The position numbers were made by a program, and so were the translations under genes. Positions 1-10,158 of a DNA stretch of 64,000 nucleotides are shown here, in pieces. Each line of letters starts with the position of its first letter. Position 1 is the first letter of the stretch. Source of the DNA: an uncultured Acidobacteriota bacterium (GTDB taxonomy: Bacteria > Acidobacteriota > Thermoanaerobaculia > Multivoradales > UBA5704); assembly GCA_963770895.1 (NCBI GenBank), contig CAVYRF010000002.1:3424001-3488000 (forward strand). Direction: 5' to 3'. The notes under the pieces were generated by a model. That model was not told the DNA's origin. It searched no databases and worked only from the letters and a program-made list of their open reading frames with translations.

Positions 1-1987
1 GTCCCACGCCATGTGGCAGCGCCGCTTCGGCGGCGATCGCGCCGCGATCGGCAAGAGCCTGGTGCTGGACGGCGAGAGCTACGAAGTGGTGGGTGTGATG
101 CAGGCTGGCTTCAAGGGCCTGTCCGACGCGACCGACGTATGGCTGCCGCTGTCGCTGACCAAGGAGCTGATGGGCGCCCGCTTTTACGAAAGGCGCGGCG
201 CACGCTGGCTGAACGTCATCGGGCGGCCGCGGCCGGGGGTCACCATGGCGGCGGCGCAGCACCAAATGGACGCCTTGAACGCCGCCTTGGCGCGGGACTT
301 TCCCACCACCAATGAAGACATGGTCGCCAAGCTGGAGACGCTCGAGAAGTCGCTGTTCGGCGACCTGCGCTTCCCTCTGCTCACCCTGCTCGGCGCGTCG
401 CTCTTCGTCCTGCAGATCGCCTGGGCTACGGTCGCCAACCTGCTGCTGGCCCGCGCCACGGCGCGGCGGCGCGAGATCGCCGTGCGCGGCGCGGTGGGCG
501 CGACCCGCCTGCGTCTCATCCGCCAGCTGCTCACCGAAAGCATCGTGCTGGCGGGGGGCAGCTGCATCGTCGGGCTGCTCATCGCGCGCAGCGCCACGGC
601 GCCCCTGGTGGCGCTCAGCGGGGTGCAATTCCCCAGCTTCGTGGACCTCGGTCTGAACCTGCCGGTGGTGCTGGCGGTCGCGGCGCTGTCGCTGCTGTGC
701 GGCACGGCGTTCGGCTTGACGCCGGCCTGGCTGGGCGTACGCGGCAGCATCGGCACCCTGCGCGAAGGCAGCAGCTCGCTGGGTGTTGCGGGGCAGCGCT
801 TTCAAAGCTCGCTGGTGGTCGCCGAAGTGGCCATCGCGCTCTTTCTGCTGACCGGCGCCGGGCTCATGGTGCGGGGCTTCCAGCACTTCAGCCAGGCGGA
901 CCTGGGGTTCGCCCCCAAGGACCTCCTGGAGGTGCGCGTCGAGCTCAAGGGCAAACGCTACGCCGACAAGAAGATCATGATCCTCAAGGCGCGCGAATAC
1001 CGCGACCGGCTGCAGGCCATACCCGGCGTGCGGTCGGCGTCGCTGGTGGCCCCCTTCGGCCCGGGCGATCCCTTTCTGAGCAGTACCTTCATCGTCGAGG
1101 ATCTGCTGCCCAAGACCAAGGACGGCGCGGTGTTCCTGGTCTTCCACCACGTCTCCACCGGCTTTTTCGAGAACTTGAGGATGCCGCTTCTGGAAGGGCG
1201 CAGCTTCACCGAAAGTGACAGCGACACCAGCCTGCCGGTCATCGTCATCAGCCAGGCGATGAAGCGCAAGGTGTGGCCGAACGAAAGCCCGCTCGGCAAA
1301 CGCATGCGGTTCGGCAGGACCGATCCCACCTGGTTCACCGTCGTGGGGGTGGTGGGCGACCTCAACGAGCAGGCCATGCAGCAGCTCGAATGGCCCGGAC
1401 CGGACGTGTACTTTGACGCCTTTCAGTTTCCTTCAGCGATCATGCCGGTGTACAACTTCCTGGTTCGCGCCGCGCCCGGCCGGGCGCTCGCCCTGGCGCC
1501 CGCGGTGGAACGCGAGATTCGCGCCGTCAGCCCCGACCTGCCGCCCTACGACGTGGAAACCATGGAAGAGCGGCTGGCCGATTTCACCGCCAAGGGGCGT
1601 TTCCTGGTGGTGTTGATGACGCTGTTCGCCGCCCTGGCGCTGGTGATCGCGGCGGTCGGCCTGTACGGCGTGCTCTTCTACTCGGTCACCCGGCGCACGC
1701 GCGAGCTGGGCATCCGGGTGGCGTTGGGCGCCCAGACGCGCGACGTGGCCCACCTGGTGATGGGGCAGGCGGCGCTGCTGACGGCGATCGGCCTGGTCAT
1801 CGGCCTCGCCGGCGCGCTCAGCCTCAGCCGGCTGTTCGCAAGCCTGTTCTACGGGGTGAGCGCGACCGACCTGGCGACGTTCGCCGAAACCTCGTTGGTG
1901 CTGATGGGGGTGGCGATGGCGGCGGCCTGGTTCCCGGTGCGGCGCGCGGTGCGCATCCCGCCCACCATCGCCCTGCGCACCGAGTGA
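1..1987 (+). CDS. ABC transporter permease, ADOP/MacB-like duplicated FtsX type (5' partial)
   Basis: Two FtsX-like segments (ANLLLARATARRREIAVRGAVGA; RRTRELGIRVALGA), MacB-like periplasmic parts and C-terminal PTIALRTE. The frame runs to the window edge. Confidence 0.9.
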   Translation, partial: SHAMWQRRFGGDRAAIGKSLVLDGESYEVVGVMQAGFKGLSDATDVWLPLSLTKELMGARFYERRGARWLNVIGRPRPGVTMAAAQHQMDALNAALARDFPTTNEDMVAKLETLEKSLFGDLRFPLLTLLGASLFVLQIAWATVANLLLARATARRREIAVRGAVGATRLRLIRQLLTESIVLAGGSCIVGLLIARSATAPLVALSGVQFPSFVDLGLNLPVVLAVAALSLLCGTAFGLTPAWLGVRGSIGTLREGSSSLGVAGQRFQSSLVVAEVAIALFLLTGAGLMVRGFQHFSQADLGFAPKDLLEVRVELKGKRYADKKIMILKAREYRDRLQAIPGVRSASLVAPFGPGDPFLSSTFIVEDLLPKTKDGAVFLVFHHVSTGFFENLRMPLLEGRSFTESDSDTSLPVIVISQAMKRKVWPNESPLGKRMRFGRTDPTWFTVVGVVGDLNEQAMQQLEWPGPDVYFDAFQFPSAIMPVYNFLVRAAPGRALALAPAVEREIRAVSPDLPPYDVETMEERLADFTAKGRFLVVLMTLFAALALVIAAVGLYGVLFYSVTRRTRELGIRVALGAQTRDVAHLVMGQAALLTAIGLVIGLAGALSLSRLFASLFYGVSATDLATFAETSLVLMGVAMAAAWFPVRRAVRIPPTIALRTE

Positions 1988-2053
1988 GCGCGGTGGCCCC
2001 GGCGGCGGCCATCCGGCGGCCGCCCGCCGGCGGGGCCGCCGGGCCGCCGGCGC

Positions 2054-3346
2054 TCACCAGTTGTGCGACAGCAGCTCCGCTTCGCCCAGCAGCTTCTTGC
2101 CGTAGCGGCGTTCGATCTGGGCGTTGATTTCGCCGCCCAGCGGACCGAACATCACCTCCTGCGAGATGCGCTCCATCGGGTGGGTGCCCGAAAAGATGCG
2201 CCCACCGATGATGCGGCGCGCTTCGACGACGATCTCTTCGGCGCACTTGCTGGCGTAGTGCTTGGCGGCGCAGGCCAGGTGGTAGGCGTCGGTGAGCTTT
2301 TCGGCGCTGGGGTGCACCGCCACCTCTTCGATGGCCAGCCCCGCCTGGCAGGCGAACGAACAAGCGCTGCGATAGCGGATCGCCAGGCGGCCGAGGTCGG
2401 TCACCATGCCGTCCAGCTCGGCCAGCGGCTTGTCGTCCGTCCCGCGCACCGAGCGCAGGAACTTGCGCGTCTCTTCCAGGGCGCGCGCCGCGGCGCCCAG
2501 AAACGGCGCGACAAAGAGCGCCTGGTGCCAGGCTACCTGGAACGCGATGATGCTCTTGTCCACCTCCAGCATGTTCTCGGGGGTGATGAAGGTGTTGAAC
2601 GTGATGCGCCGGGTGTCCGAGTCCACCATCGCGGTGGGGAACAGGAACGGCCCGATCTCAACTCCGGGGTTGTCGACCAGCGGGACCATGAACAGCGCCA
2701 CGCCTTCGTTTTCGATGCCGGTGAAGATGAAGGCGAGCTCGCTTTCGGTGGCCAGCGACATGTAGGCGGCGGTGCCGCGCAGGCGAAAGCCGCCGTCCTC
2801 GCGAGTGGCCAGCGAGCCGTAGCTTTCGATCTTGTCGGCATGGATGCGCGAAGTGGTGTTGGCGACCAGCATGTTGGTGGCGGAGAGGGTTTCGAGCAGC
2901 TGGCGCCGGCGGCTCGCGAGCGCCGGATTGTCCACGACGGGGAAGGTGGACAGCGAGCAGGTCACCGCATAGTGGTTGTAGATCGCCAGGCCCACCGCCG
3001 GCGATTCGGCGCCCAGACGGCGCAGCAGGTCGAAGCAGGCGCGGTGCAGGCCGCGCGGATTCTGGTTGTAAGGCAGCGGCAGCTTGGGCAGCTCTTCGGC
3101 GCGAAAGGCGCGATAGAAGATCGTCAGGTCCTTGGCGGCGATGGCCTCGGCCAGGGCGGCTTCGACGCGCGCGGCCTTGGCCGCAAGCTGGGCCGCCGTC
3201 GGCCTGGCGTCGCGGCCCGCCGGGGGCGGCCCGGCCGGCGCCGGGACGGCGGCGAGCACGGGCGCGGCCGGGACGGCGGCGGCGGCGGGAGCCGCCCCCA
3301 GCTCTGCGACCGCCGATTGGTGAGCTCTGCTGCTGTCGTCTGCCAT
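2054..3346 (-). CDS. Acyl-CoA dehydrogenase-fold flavoprotein
   Basis: LRGTAAYMSLA, AKHYASKCAEEIV, RIIGG and HPMERISQEV resemble ACAD-family segments. ATG at 3346 follows a GGAGG RBS. Confidence 0.75.
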   Translation of the reverse strand: MADDSSRAHQSAVAELGAAPAAAAVPAAPVLAAVPAPAGPPPAGRDARPTAAQLAAKAARVEAALAEAIAAKDLTIFYRAFRAEELPKLPLPYNQNPRGLHRACFDLLRRLGAESPAVGLAIYNHYAVTCSLSTFPVVDNPALASRRRQLLETLSATNMLVANTTSRIHADKIESYGSLATREDGGFRLRGTAAYMSLATESELAFIFTGIENEGVALFMVPLVDNPGVEIGPFLFPTAMVDSDTRRITFNTFITPENMLEVDKSIIAFQVAWHQALFVAPFLGAAARALEETRKFLRSVRGTDDKPLAELDGMVTDLGRLAIRYRSACSFACQAGLAIEEVAVHPSAEKLTDAYHLACAAKHYASKCAEEIVVEARRIIGGRIFSGTHPMERISQEVMFGPLGGEINAQIERRYGKKLLGEAELLSHNW

Positions 3347-3372
3347 GAGTTCCTCCAACGTTGCAACGCGCG

Positions 3373-5055
3373 TTAATGCCGTGCTCCGGCGGCCACCTGG
3401 GCGGCGCCCTGCACTGCGGAGCGATCCCATTCGATCAGGCCGTCCTTCATCTTGATCAGGCGGTCGGCCAGCGTGTAGTACTGATCGTCGTGGCTGATGA
3501 CAAAGACGGTCTTGCCCATGGCCTTGAGCTCCGGCAAGACCTCAAAATAGAAGATCGCCTTGAACTGCGGGTCCTGGTCCGCCGCCCATTCGTCGAAGAA
3601 GAAGATGGGCCGGTCCTCCAGGTAGGCGGTGAGCAGGGCCAGCCGCTTGCGCTGGCCCTGGGAGAGGTCCAGGGTCGAGATGACGCCGTCTTCGATGGTG
3701 ACCTTCCTGTCGAGCTGGAGGCGCTTGAGGTAGCCGCGCGCCGCTTCGTCCAGATTGACGCGTTCGAGCCCCATGAGGCTGTCGAACAGGTAGAAGTCGG
3801 TAAACACCGCGGCGAACATCTGGCGGTAGCCTTCGCGGTTGTCGCTGGTGATCGGCCGGCCGTCCACCAGGATCTCGCCGCCGTCCGGGATGTAGAGGCC
3901 GGCCAGCAGCTTGGCAAAGGTGGATTTGCCGCTGCCGTTGCCGCCGGTGACGAAGATCAGCTGGCCGGCCTCGAACTCCAGGTCGAGCGGTCCGATGTGA
4001 AAACGCTCGCCGGCGTCGTCGCCGGAGTATTGATAGAAGAGCTGTCTGAGCTCGAGCCGCTGCCAGGCCGGCGCGTCGCCGCGGTCGTCGGCCGAGGTTT
4101 CGACCGCCCTTTCGCTCAGGTCGATGCCCAGCCGATCGAGCTTGCGGACGGCGACGGCGGCGCGGCTGAAGTTGGGCAGCAGCTGGAAGATCGCCTCCAT
4201 CGGGCCGAGCATGTATAGCAGGCAGACGGTGAAGCCGGCGATCACGCGGGCGCCGACGTGCGAGCTGTCGCGGAAGCCGAAGATGATCAGACCGATGGCG
4301 ATGAAAAACAGCTGGTTGCCCCAGATCGTGGTGGCGATCAGCAGGTTGTTGCCGACGGCGGTCGAGCGGCGGATCTTTTCGCCGGTGGGGATCAACGCCG
4401 CGTCGATGAACGCCTGGCGGCGGCGGCGGTGGAGCTTCAGCTCCTTGGCGCCGTGGATCAGGCCGCGGAAGTGGGCAAACAGCTGGTCGGTGTGCTCACG
4501 CAGCTCGCGAAAGTGCTTTTGCGCGAGCCCCATGGCAAAGCTGTAGGTCAGGCTGCCGGCCACCATGAAGCCGAGCACCACAAGGAGCATGCGCCACGAC
4601 AGCCAGCCCATGTAGGCCAGGCAGGTCAGTACGATCGCCGACTGCATGAGCAGCACCGGGATCTGGGTCAGGGCGTTGGACAGTACGGTGATGTCGTCGG
4701 TCAGCGAGGCGAGCAGGCGGTGGCTGCCGATCTCTTCCATGCGGCGCAGCGGCGAAGCCAGGATGCGGCGGCACGACTGCAGGCGGGTTTCGAACATGGC
4801 GCGGGTTGCCAGGTAGTTGAAGATGCTCTGCGTCACCAGGCGGCTGACCGGCACCAGCACGGCGAGCGCGACAAAGCCGTAGAGCAGCCGAGGGTCGCGG
4901 TTGCCGGCGATCACGCTGCTGATGATGGCCAGCCAGGCGGTCAGGCCCAGGCCGCTGATCAGGCCGGTGCACAGCGCGGCGGCGATCTGCGCCCGCGACC
5001 GGCTGACGTTGCGCGACATGCGCAGCAGGTAGGAAATGAGCTTGGCGATCTCCAT
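3373..5055 (-). CDS. Cyclic peptide export ABC transporter (PvdE/SyrD/YojI family)
   Basis: GAKELKLH, Walker A GGNGSGKST, LSQGQRKRLALL and FDEWAADQDP are family signatures. Confidence 0.93.
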   Translation of the reverse strand: MEIAKLISYLLRMSRNVSRSRAQIAAALCTGLISGLGLTAWLAIISSVIAGNRDPRLLYGFVALAVLVPVSRLVTQSIFNYLATRAMFETRLQSCRRILASPLRRMEEIGSHRLLASLTDDITVLSNALTQIPVLLMQSAIVLTCLAYMGWLSWRMLLVVLGFMVAGSLTYSFAMGLAQKHFRELREHTDQLFAHFRGLIHGAKELKLHRRRRQAFIDAALIPTGEKIRRSTAVGNNLLIATTIWGNQLFFIAIGLIIFGFRDSSHVGARVIAGFTVCLLYMLGPMEAIFQLLPNFSRAAVAVRKLDRLGIDLSERAVETSADDRGDAPAWQRLELRQLFYQYSGDDAGERFHIGPLDLEFEAGQLIFVTGGNGSGKSTFAKLLAGLYIPDGGEILVDGRPITSDNREGYRQMFAAVFTDFYLFDSLMGLERVNLDEAARGYLKRLQLDRKVTIEDGVISTLDLSQGQRKRLALLTAYLEDRPIFFFDEWAADQDPQFKAIFYFEVLPELKAMGKTVFVISHDDQYYTLADRLIKMKDGLIEWDRSAVQGAAQVAAGARH

Positions 5056-5108
5056 CGGTTCTCCTGGCGGCGAGCGCTGGCTGTCTGACGCGGCGGCCGC
5101 ACGTCACC

Positions 5109-6557
5109 TCACGTTTCCATGAGCACGGTCGAGGAATGGCGGCTGCGCTGCATCGTGTCGCGGAACACCCGGTCGTAGTTGTGCGACAACGCCAGGTACA
5201 GGTCGGCCACCGCGTTACCCGGTCCGGGGTTGCCGAAGAGCACCTCGGCGCCCCAGATGAGCCGCTGCTTCGCGCTGGCCCTCAAATAGCGCAGGCCGTG
5301 GCGGACGAACGCGAAGCGATCGCGCAGCCCTGCCCACTGGATGTTCTTCCACAGGAAGCTGGGGCTGGCGTAGGATTCGTGGTCCAGATTCGCCAGGTAG
5401 AACAGGTAAACCAGCATCGAGTTGATGCGGTAGTAGCGGTCGAGCGCCTTGCCGTAGTCGGCGAGCGGCGCGAGCCCTCCGGATTCGTCCTGGAGCAGGC
5501 GATCGAGGGGCTCGACCAGGGCGAAGGCGCTGTTGAAGGCGACCTGGAGGCCGGTGGAGAACACCGGGTCGATGAAGCCGGCGCTGTCGCCGACGATGAT
5601 CCAGCCGTTGCCGGAGTAGCGCTTGGAACGGTACGAGTAGTCCTTGACGCAGCGGAAGCGTTCGATGCGCCGCATGGTGGGGTTTTGCAGCAGATCGCCG
5701 ATGTAAGGGATGTCCTGTGCGTAGTCGTTGAAGATGGCTTCAAGGCTCTTTTCCTTGGCTGCGTCCTTGACCGTCTGCTGGCTGAGCACCACCCCCAGCG
5801 ACAGCACGTTCCTGGCGATCGGGATGTACCAGGCCCAGTCGCGGTGGTTGCGGTGGACGCACAGCTTGAAGTTGAGATCGCGGTCGGTGTTGGTGATTTC
5901 GATGTCGCCCTGCCAGTGGCTGAACACCGCCATCTTGTTCTCAAGCAGGGGGTCCGGGTACCAATTGTCCTTGAGCTGGTGGTTGATCACCGCTCCCTGT
6001 CCCGAGGCGTCGATGATCCAGCGGCCGTACGCGCGGTGGGTCGCTTCGGGGTCGTCGCCTGCCAGGTTCTTGTATTCGACGCCCACCGCGCGGTCGCCCT
6101 GGAAGAGCACGCGCTTGACCAGATGCTCTTCGCGCACGTCGACGCCGTGGCGGCGGGTGTTGCGCAGCAGCACTTCGTCGAGCGTGGCGCGCGCCATCTG
6201 GAAGGCGTAGGGCCGTTCGCCCGGCTCGTTGACCAGCTGGGACGAGAAATAGATTTTGCTGCTCTTGTCGTGGCGGACGAATTCGAGCCCCTTCTTCTTT
6301 ACAAAGTTTGCCGCCTTCAGCTCGTCGTAGACGCCCAGCTCGCGAAAGGCGGTCAACCCGAAGGCGGTGATCGATTCGCCGATGTGGAAGCGCGGAAAGA
6401 GCGCGCGCTCCAGCATCAGTACGCGATGCCCGCGCTTTGCCAGCATGGTGCCGCAGGTGGTGCCGGACGGACCGCCGCCGATGATCACCACGTCGAAGTG
6501 CTCGGCGGAATTACCGTTCGGGGACGGTAACGGAGATGGGTTGTCTGCCGTGGTCAT
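5109..6557 (-). CDS. Flavin-dependent halogenase-like oxidoreductase
   Basis: GGGPSG FAD motif, FPRFHIGES, candidate catalytic Lys in FVKKKG, WAWYIP (WxWxIP) and GDSAGFIDPVFSTG. Confidence 0.85.
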   Translation of the reverse strand: MTTADNPSPLPSPNGNSAEHFDVVIIGGGPSGTTCGTMLAKRGHRVLMLERALFPRFHIGESITAFGLTAFRELGVYDELKAANFVKKKGLEFVRHDKSSKIYFSSQLVNEPGERPYAFQMARATLDEVLLRNTRRHGVDVREEHLVKRVLFQGDRAVGVEYKNLAGDDPEATHRAYGRWIIDASGQGAVINHQLKDNWYPDPLLENKMAVFSHWQGDIEITNTDRDLNFKLCVHRNHRDWAWYIPIARNVLSLGVVLSQQTVKDAAKEKSLEAIFNDYAQDIPYIGDLLQNPTMRRIERFRCVKDYSYRSKRYSGNGWIIVGDSAGFIDPVFSTGLQVAFNSAFALVEPLDRLLQDESGGLAPLADYGKALDRYYRINSMLVYLFYLANLDHESYASPSFLWKNIQWAGLRDRFAFVRHGLRYLRASAKQRLIWGAEVLFGNPGPGNAVADLYLALSHNYDRVFRDTMQRSRHSSTVLMET

Positions 6558-6647
6558 CTTGAATCTCCAGCTGCGGCGCGCCGAGGGCGAAAGCCCGGAG
6601 CTTGGAACGGGCGCCGCGGCAGCCCTTGGCGCAGCAAATCCAACAAA

Positions 6648-6676
6648 ACTATATCAAGTAATGATGACTATGTCAA
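6648..6676 (-). promoter_or_regulatory. sigma70-type promoter for the halogenase operon
   Basis: Minus strand reads TTGACA-17 nt-TATAGT with TG just upstream of the -10, in an AT-rich gap. Confidence 0.7.
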
Positions 6677-6758
6677 TACACTCATATGCGCCTGAGTCTT
6701 GGCGCGGGCTGCCCGCAAGCTGCCGTCCGCAGGCATACCCCTGTATGTATATGTGAAG

Positions 6759-6787
6759 TTGCAAAATTATTTAGGATTGAATATGAT
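6759..6787 (+). promoter_or_regulatory. sigma70-type promoter for the divergent unknown gene
   Basis: TTGCAA-17 nt-TATGAT. Confidence 0.6.
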
Positions 6788-6861
6788 TTGTTCATGCGGT
6801 GCGCGCTGGCGCGGGCGGCGGTCGGAATGGGCAGCAGGGACACGCTGACCGGTGCGCCGCC

Positions 6862-8418
6862 ATGACCCAACCCATCCAGGAAACCGTGCAGCGCGGCGTC
6901 GGGAGCGAGCCGCCGAGCGTGGACGAAGATCTGGTGCGCCACGGCCTCGCCATGCGGCCGGTGCTCGCGGCCCTGCTGCGCGAATCCGGCGAGCTGCCGC
7001 TGCTCGACTACGCGGCGGGCTTTTTCACCCGCGGCGGGCCGCCGGTCTCACCGGTGGGCCTGGCCGTGGTCGAGCGCGCGGCGGGGCGGCTTTTCGGCGC
7101 CCGCGCCGGCGCCGAAATCGCCGCCCAGCTGCGCTGCCAGCCGGCGATCAACACCGCCGAGCACCTGGCGCCGATGTTCCATCCGCGGCGCTTCCAGAGC
7201 AACCTGCTGGGCGCCTATGCCGCCGCCGAACAGGGAGCGGCCTGCATGCCGGTGTTGGCCTGCTCGAACATCTCGCTGTCCAATTCGTCCCATCCGCGCG
7301 GCATCTTCTGGAATCAGCAGCCGCTGCAACTCATCCCCCGCAACCCCCATGGAACCGTCCACACCTGGCCTGCCGTCGAGCGCCAGGTCTTCCTGGACCT
7401 GCCCGCGGCGGCCCGCGTCGCCGCCGGCATGGCGTACCTGACGGCGGCCGTGCCGCAGCTCGCGGCCCTACCGGTCGGTGAGCAGCGCAACCGGGTGCGC
7501 AAGCGGCTCGCCGGGGCGCTCAAGGAGCTGTCCGGCAACCCGGCCAAACGGCTGCCCAGCACCGAGCTGCCCGAGCAGGTGCAGGCGCTGCTGCGCGCGG
7601 CGCTGCCTGGGGCGCGCGCGACGGGCGCCGCCCAAGAGATCGAGGTGCGGACCTGCCTGGTCGAGGCGCTGCCTCCTGAGCTCTTTGCCGAGCCGCGCTA
7701 CATCCACCAGGTCTGCCGCTTGAACGGCGCGCTGTGGGAGCGCGCCATGGGCGGCCGCCTGCCGCGGCTCATCTATCTGCCGATGGAAGAGATCTCCACG
7801 GCTCTGCTGCGCTACGCGCTGCGCGATCCACACGACCCGCTCCATGCGATGCTGCTGAATGCGGACGCCCGTGCTCTCGCCTTGGACCTGTTTGCCGATC
7901 TGCCCTACGCCTGGTCCGAGTCCGGAGGTACGCATTTCTTCTGGCAGCTGGGGCCCAAGGGGCAGAGGTTCCCAATGCGCCACGACGGCGCCGCCCTCTG
8001 CGGACAGGGCTGTCGCATCGAGTTGCGGCAAAACGGCCTGCTGGACGCCCTGGACGCCCTCGCGATCGTACCGGCGACCCTGCTGCAAATGCTGCTGCTG
8101 GTCCACCACGGCTTCCGCTGCCTGGGCGGCTTCAATCAGATCCAATTTCTGCCGGCGATGCGCCGACAGATGCGCGAGTTCTGCCGTCAGACCGGCCGCG
8201 CCGCGGTCGCCGACGAACGCTACGATGCCGAGCTGCCGAGCGACTTTCTGGCCGGTCCCCTCTTCTGGTGGCGCGGCGCACCCGAGGCCCCGGCCTCGCT
8301 GGACACCTTCCTGCGCCAACCCGAGCGCAGCCGCGAAGAAGCGGCCTGCGCCGTCCGCCGTCTGAGCCTGCGCAGCGCCACCCTGCTGGGTCTGCCCGAC
8401 CTGATCCAGCTGCTCTGA
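6862..8418 (+). CDS. Hypothetical protein, possible enzyme of unknown family
   Basis: Long ORF with coding-like codon use and its own promoter. Motif-like segments: NTAEHLAP, ACSNISLSNSSHPRG, GTHFFW, CLGGFNQ. Confidence 0.75.
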   Translation: MTQPIQETVQRGVGSEPPSVDEDLVRHGLAMRPVLAALLRESGELPLLDYAAGFFTRGGPPVSPVGLAVVERAAGRLFGARAGAEIAAQLRCQPAINTAEHLAPMFHPRRFQSNLLGAYAAAEQGAACMPVLACSNISLSNSSHPRGIFWNQQPLQLIPRNPHGTVHTWPAVERQVFLDLPAAARVAAGMAYLTAAVPQLAALPVGEQRNRVRKRLAGALKELSGNPAKRLPSTELPEQVQALLRAALPGARATGAAQEIEVRTCLVEALPPELFAEPRYIHQVCRLNGALWERAMGGRLPRLIYLPMEEISTALLRYALRDPHDPLHAMLLNADARALALDLFADLPYAWSESGGTHFFWQLGPKGQRFPMRHDGAALCGQGCRIELRQNGLLDALDALAIVPATLLQMLLLVHHGFRCLGGFNQIQFLPAMRRQMREFCRQTGRAAVADERYDAELPSDFLAGPLFWWRGAPEAPASLDTFLRQPERSREEAACAVRRLSLRSATLLGLPDLIQLL

Positions 8419-8498
8419 CGGCGTGCCGGTTGGCGCTGCACAGTGGAGATCTGCAGCTGGGTCACCGGCGTGCCGGGGGTATGCCTGCGAGTGTCCGC

Positions 8499-8527
8499 TT
8501 GCCTGGTGTCTGCGTTCTATATAAAAT
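8499..8527 (+). promoter_or_regulatory. sigma70-type promoter of the bEBP-kinase operon
   Basis: TTGCCT-17 nt-TAAAAT shortly before ATG 8539. Confidence 0.5.
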
Positions 8528-8538
8528 CCGCGTTATCC

Positions 8539-10155
8539 ATGATGGTGACGAGTTCCCAGACTGAGTGGGAACGGCAGCTGACCGCTTCCACCGCGTCCGC
8601 TGCGGACCGCCCGGTCCGCCTTCCGGAGCTGCTGGTTCCGGCGCTGACGGTCCTGGCGCACCCCGACCTGCGGCGGGTGGGGGAGCGCGTCCTGCTGCCG
8701 GCCCTGGGATCTGGGCGGACGGTACCGCTGTCGCGCCTGTCGCCGCTGTTCGCGCAACCCGGAAACCAGGTGGCGAGGCCGCTTGCCGAGCCCCACTTGA
8801 GCAGGCGCCCGATCCATCTGTCCCCTTCGGACGGCCAGCCGGGCTCGCTCCGCCTGGTGGTGCCGGGCGGAGGCCGGCCGATTGAGGTCCTGGGTGCCCC
8901 GTCGCCGGACGAAATTGCGCCCGCCGACCTCCACCGCGGCGTTGTGCTCCTGTGGGCCGATCGCGTGGCGCTGCTCCTCCACCTGCTGCCGTCGGGCGTG
9001 CCCCGCGAAGTCGAGCGCTTCGGCATGATCGGCGAAAGTGCCGCCCTGAACCGCCTGTGCGCCGAGATCCGGCGAGTCGCGGCAGCCGCGACTCCCGTCC
9101 TGCTGTGCGGCGAAACCGGCACCGGCAAGGAGCTGGTGGCCCACGCGATCCACGCCGCCGGGCCGCGCCGCGCCGGCCCCTATGTCACCCTCAACCTGGG
9201 CGCGATCCCACCGGCCCTTGCCGCCGCGGAGCTCTTCGGCGCTGCCCGCGGCGCCTTCACCGGCGCAGACCGGAGGCGAGCCGGCCACTTCGAGCGTGCC
9301 GCGAGCGGCACGCTGTTCCTGGACGAGATCGGCGAGGCGCCGCCGGAGGTCCAGGTGCTGCTGCTGCGGGCGCTGGAGTGCGGCGAGATCCAGCCTGTCG
9401 GGTCCGAGGCGCCGCTGCGCGTCGAAGTGCGCTGCGTTGCCGCCACCGACGCCGACCTCGAGGCGGCCGCCGCCCGCGGTGGGTTCCGCGCTCCCTTGCT
9501 GCATCGCCTGCGCGGCTTCGAGATCCGCATGCCGGCGCTGCGCCAACGCCGGGACGACGTCGGCCGGCTCCTGGTGAGCTTCCTGCGCCAGGAGCTTGCG
9601 GCACTGGGCCGCGACGGCCTGCTCGTCACCGCGAGCCCGCACGGCCGGCCGTGGTTGCCCGCGGGCCTGGTGGCGCGCCTGGCCGTCCACGAATGGCCCG
9701 GCAACGTGCGCGAGCTCAGAAACGTCGCGCGCCACCTGGCGGTGAGCTGCCGCGACGCCGATCAGGCCGAGCTGCCGGAAGGATTGCTCCAGGCACCCGC
9801 CGCCGCCAACAACGAGGAGCTTTCCCAGCCGGCGGCGCCCACCGGCTGGCGCCCGCCCCGGCGGCGCGCGGAGTACCGCCCCGGCTCCGAGATCGCGCAC
9901 CCCGAACTGCTGGCGGCGCTGCGCGCCTGCCGCTTCAACCTGGCGGCCGCCGCGGCAGCGTTGCGCATCTCGCGCTCTTCGCTCTATGCCCTGCTCGCGC
10001 GCCATGGCGGGGTCCGCAAGGCCGGAGACCTGACCCGGGTCGAGATCGCCGCCGCCTTGGAGCGTTCGGGCGGCGACCTCGACGCGGCCGCGGACGCGCT
10101 GGCGGTTTCGCCGCACGGACTCAAGATTCGCTGTACCGAGCTGGGGAGAAACTGA
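8539..10155 (+). CDS. sigma54-dependent transcriptional activator (bEBP) with two C-terminal HTH motifs
   Basis: GETGTGKE, GAFTGA, TLFLDEIGE and WPGNVREL. Two Fis-like HTH segments; the N-terminus is not a receiver domain. Confidence 0.92.
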   Translation: MMVTSSQTEWERQLTASTASAADRPVRLPELLVPALTVLAHPDLRRVGERVLLPALGSGRTVPLSRLSPLFAQPGNQVARPLAEPHLSRRPIHLSPSDGQPGSLRLVVPGGGRPIEVLGAPSPDEIAPADLHRGVVLLWADRVALLLHLLPSGVPREVERFGMIGESAALNRLCAEIRRVAAAATPVLLCGETGTGKELVAHAIHAAGPRRAGPYVTLNLGAIPPALAAAELFGAARGAFTGADRRRAGHFERAASGTLFLDEIGEAPPEVQVLLLRALECGEIQPVGSEAPLRVEVRCVAATDADLEAAAARGGFRAPLLHRLRGFEIRMPALRQRRDDVGRLLVSFLRQELAALGRDGLLVTASPHGRPWLPAGLVARLAVHEWPGNVRELRNVARHLAVSCRDADQAELPEGLLQAPAAANNEELSQPAAPTGWRPPRRRAEYRPGSEIAHPELLAALRACRFNLAAAAAALRISRSSLYALLARHGGVRKAGDLTRVEIAAALERSGGDLDAAADALAVSPHGLKIRCTELGRN

Positions 10156-10158
10156 GCC

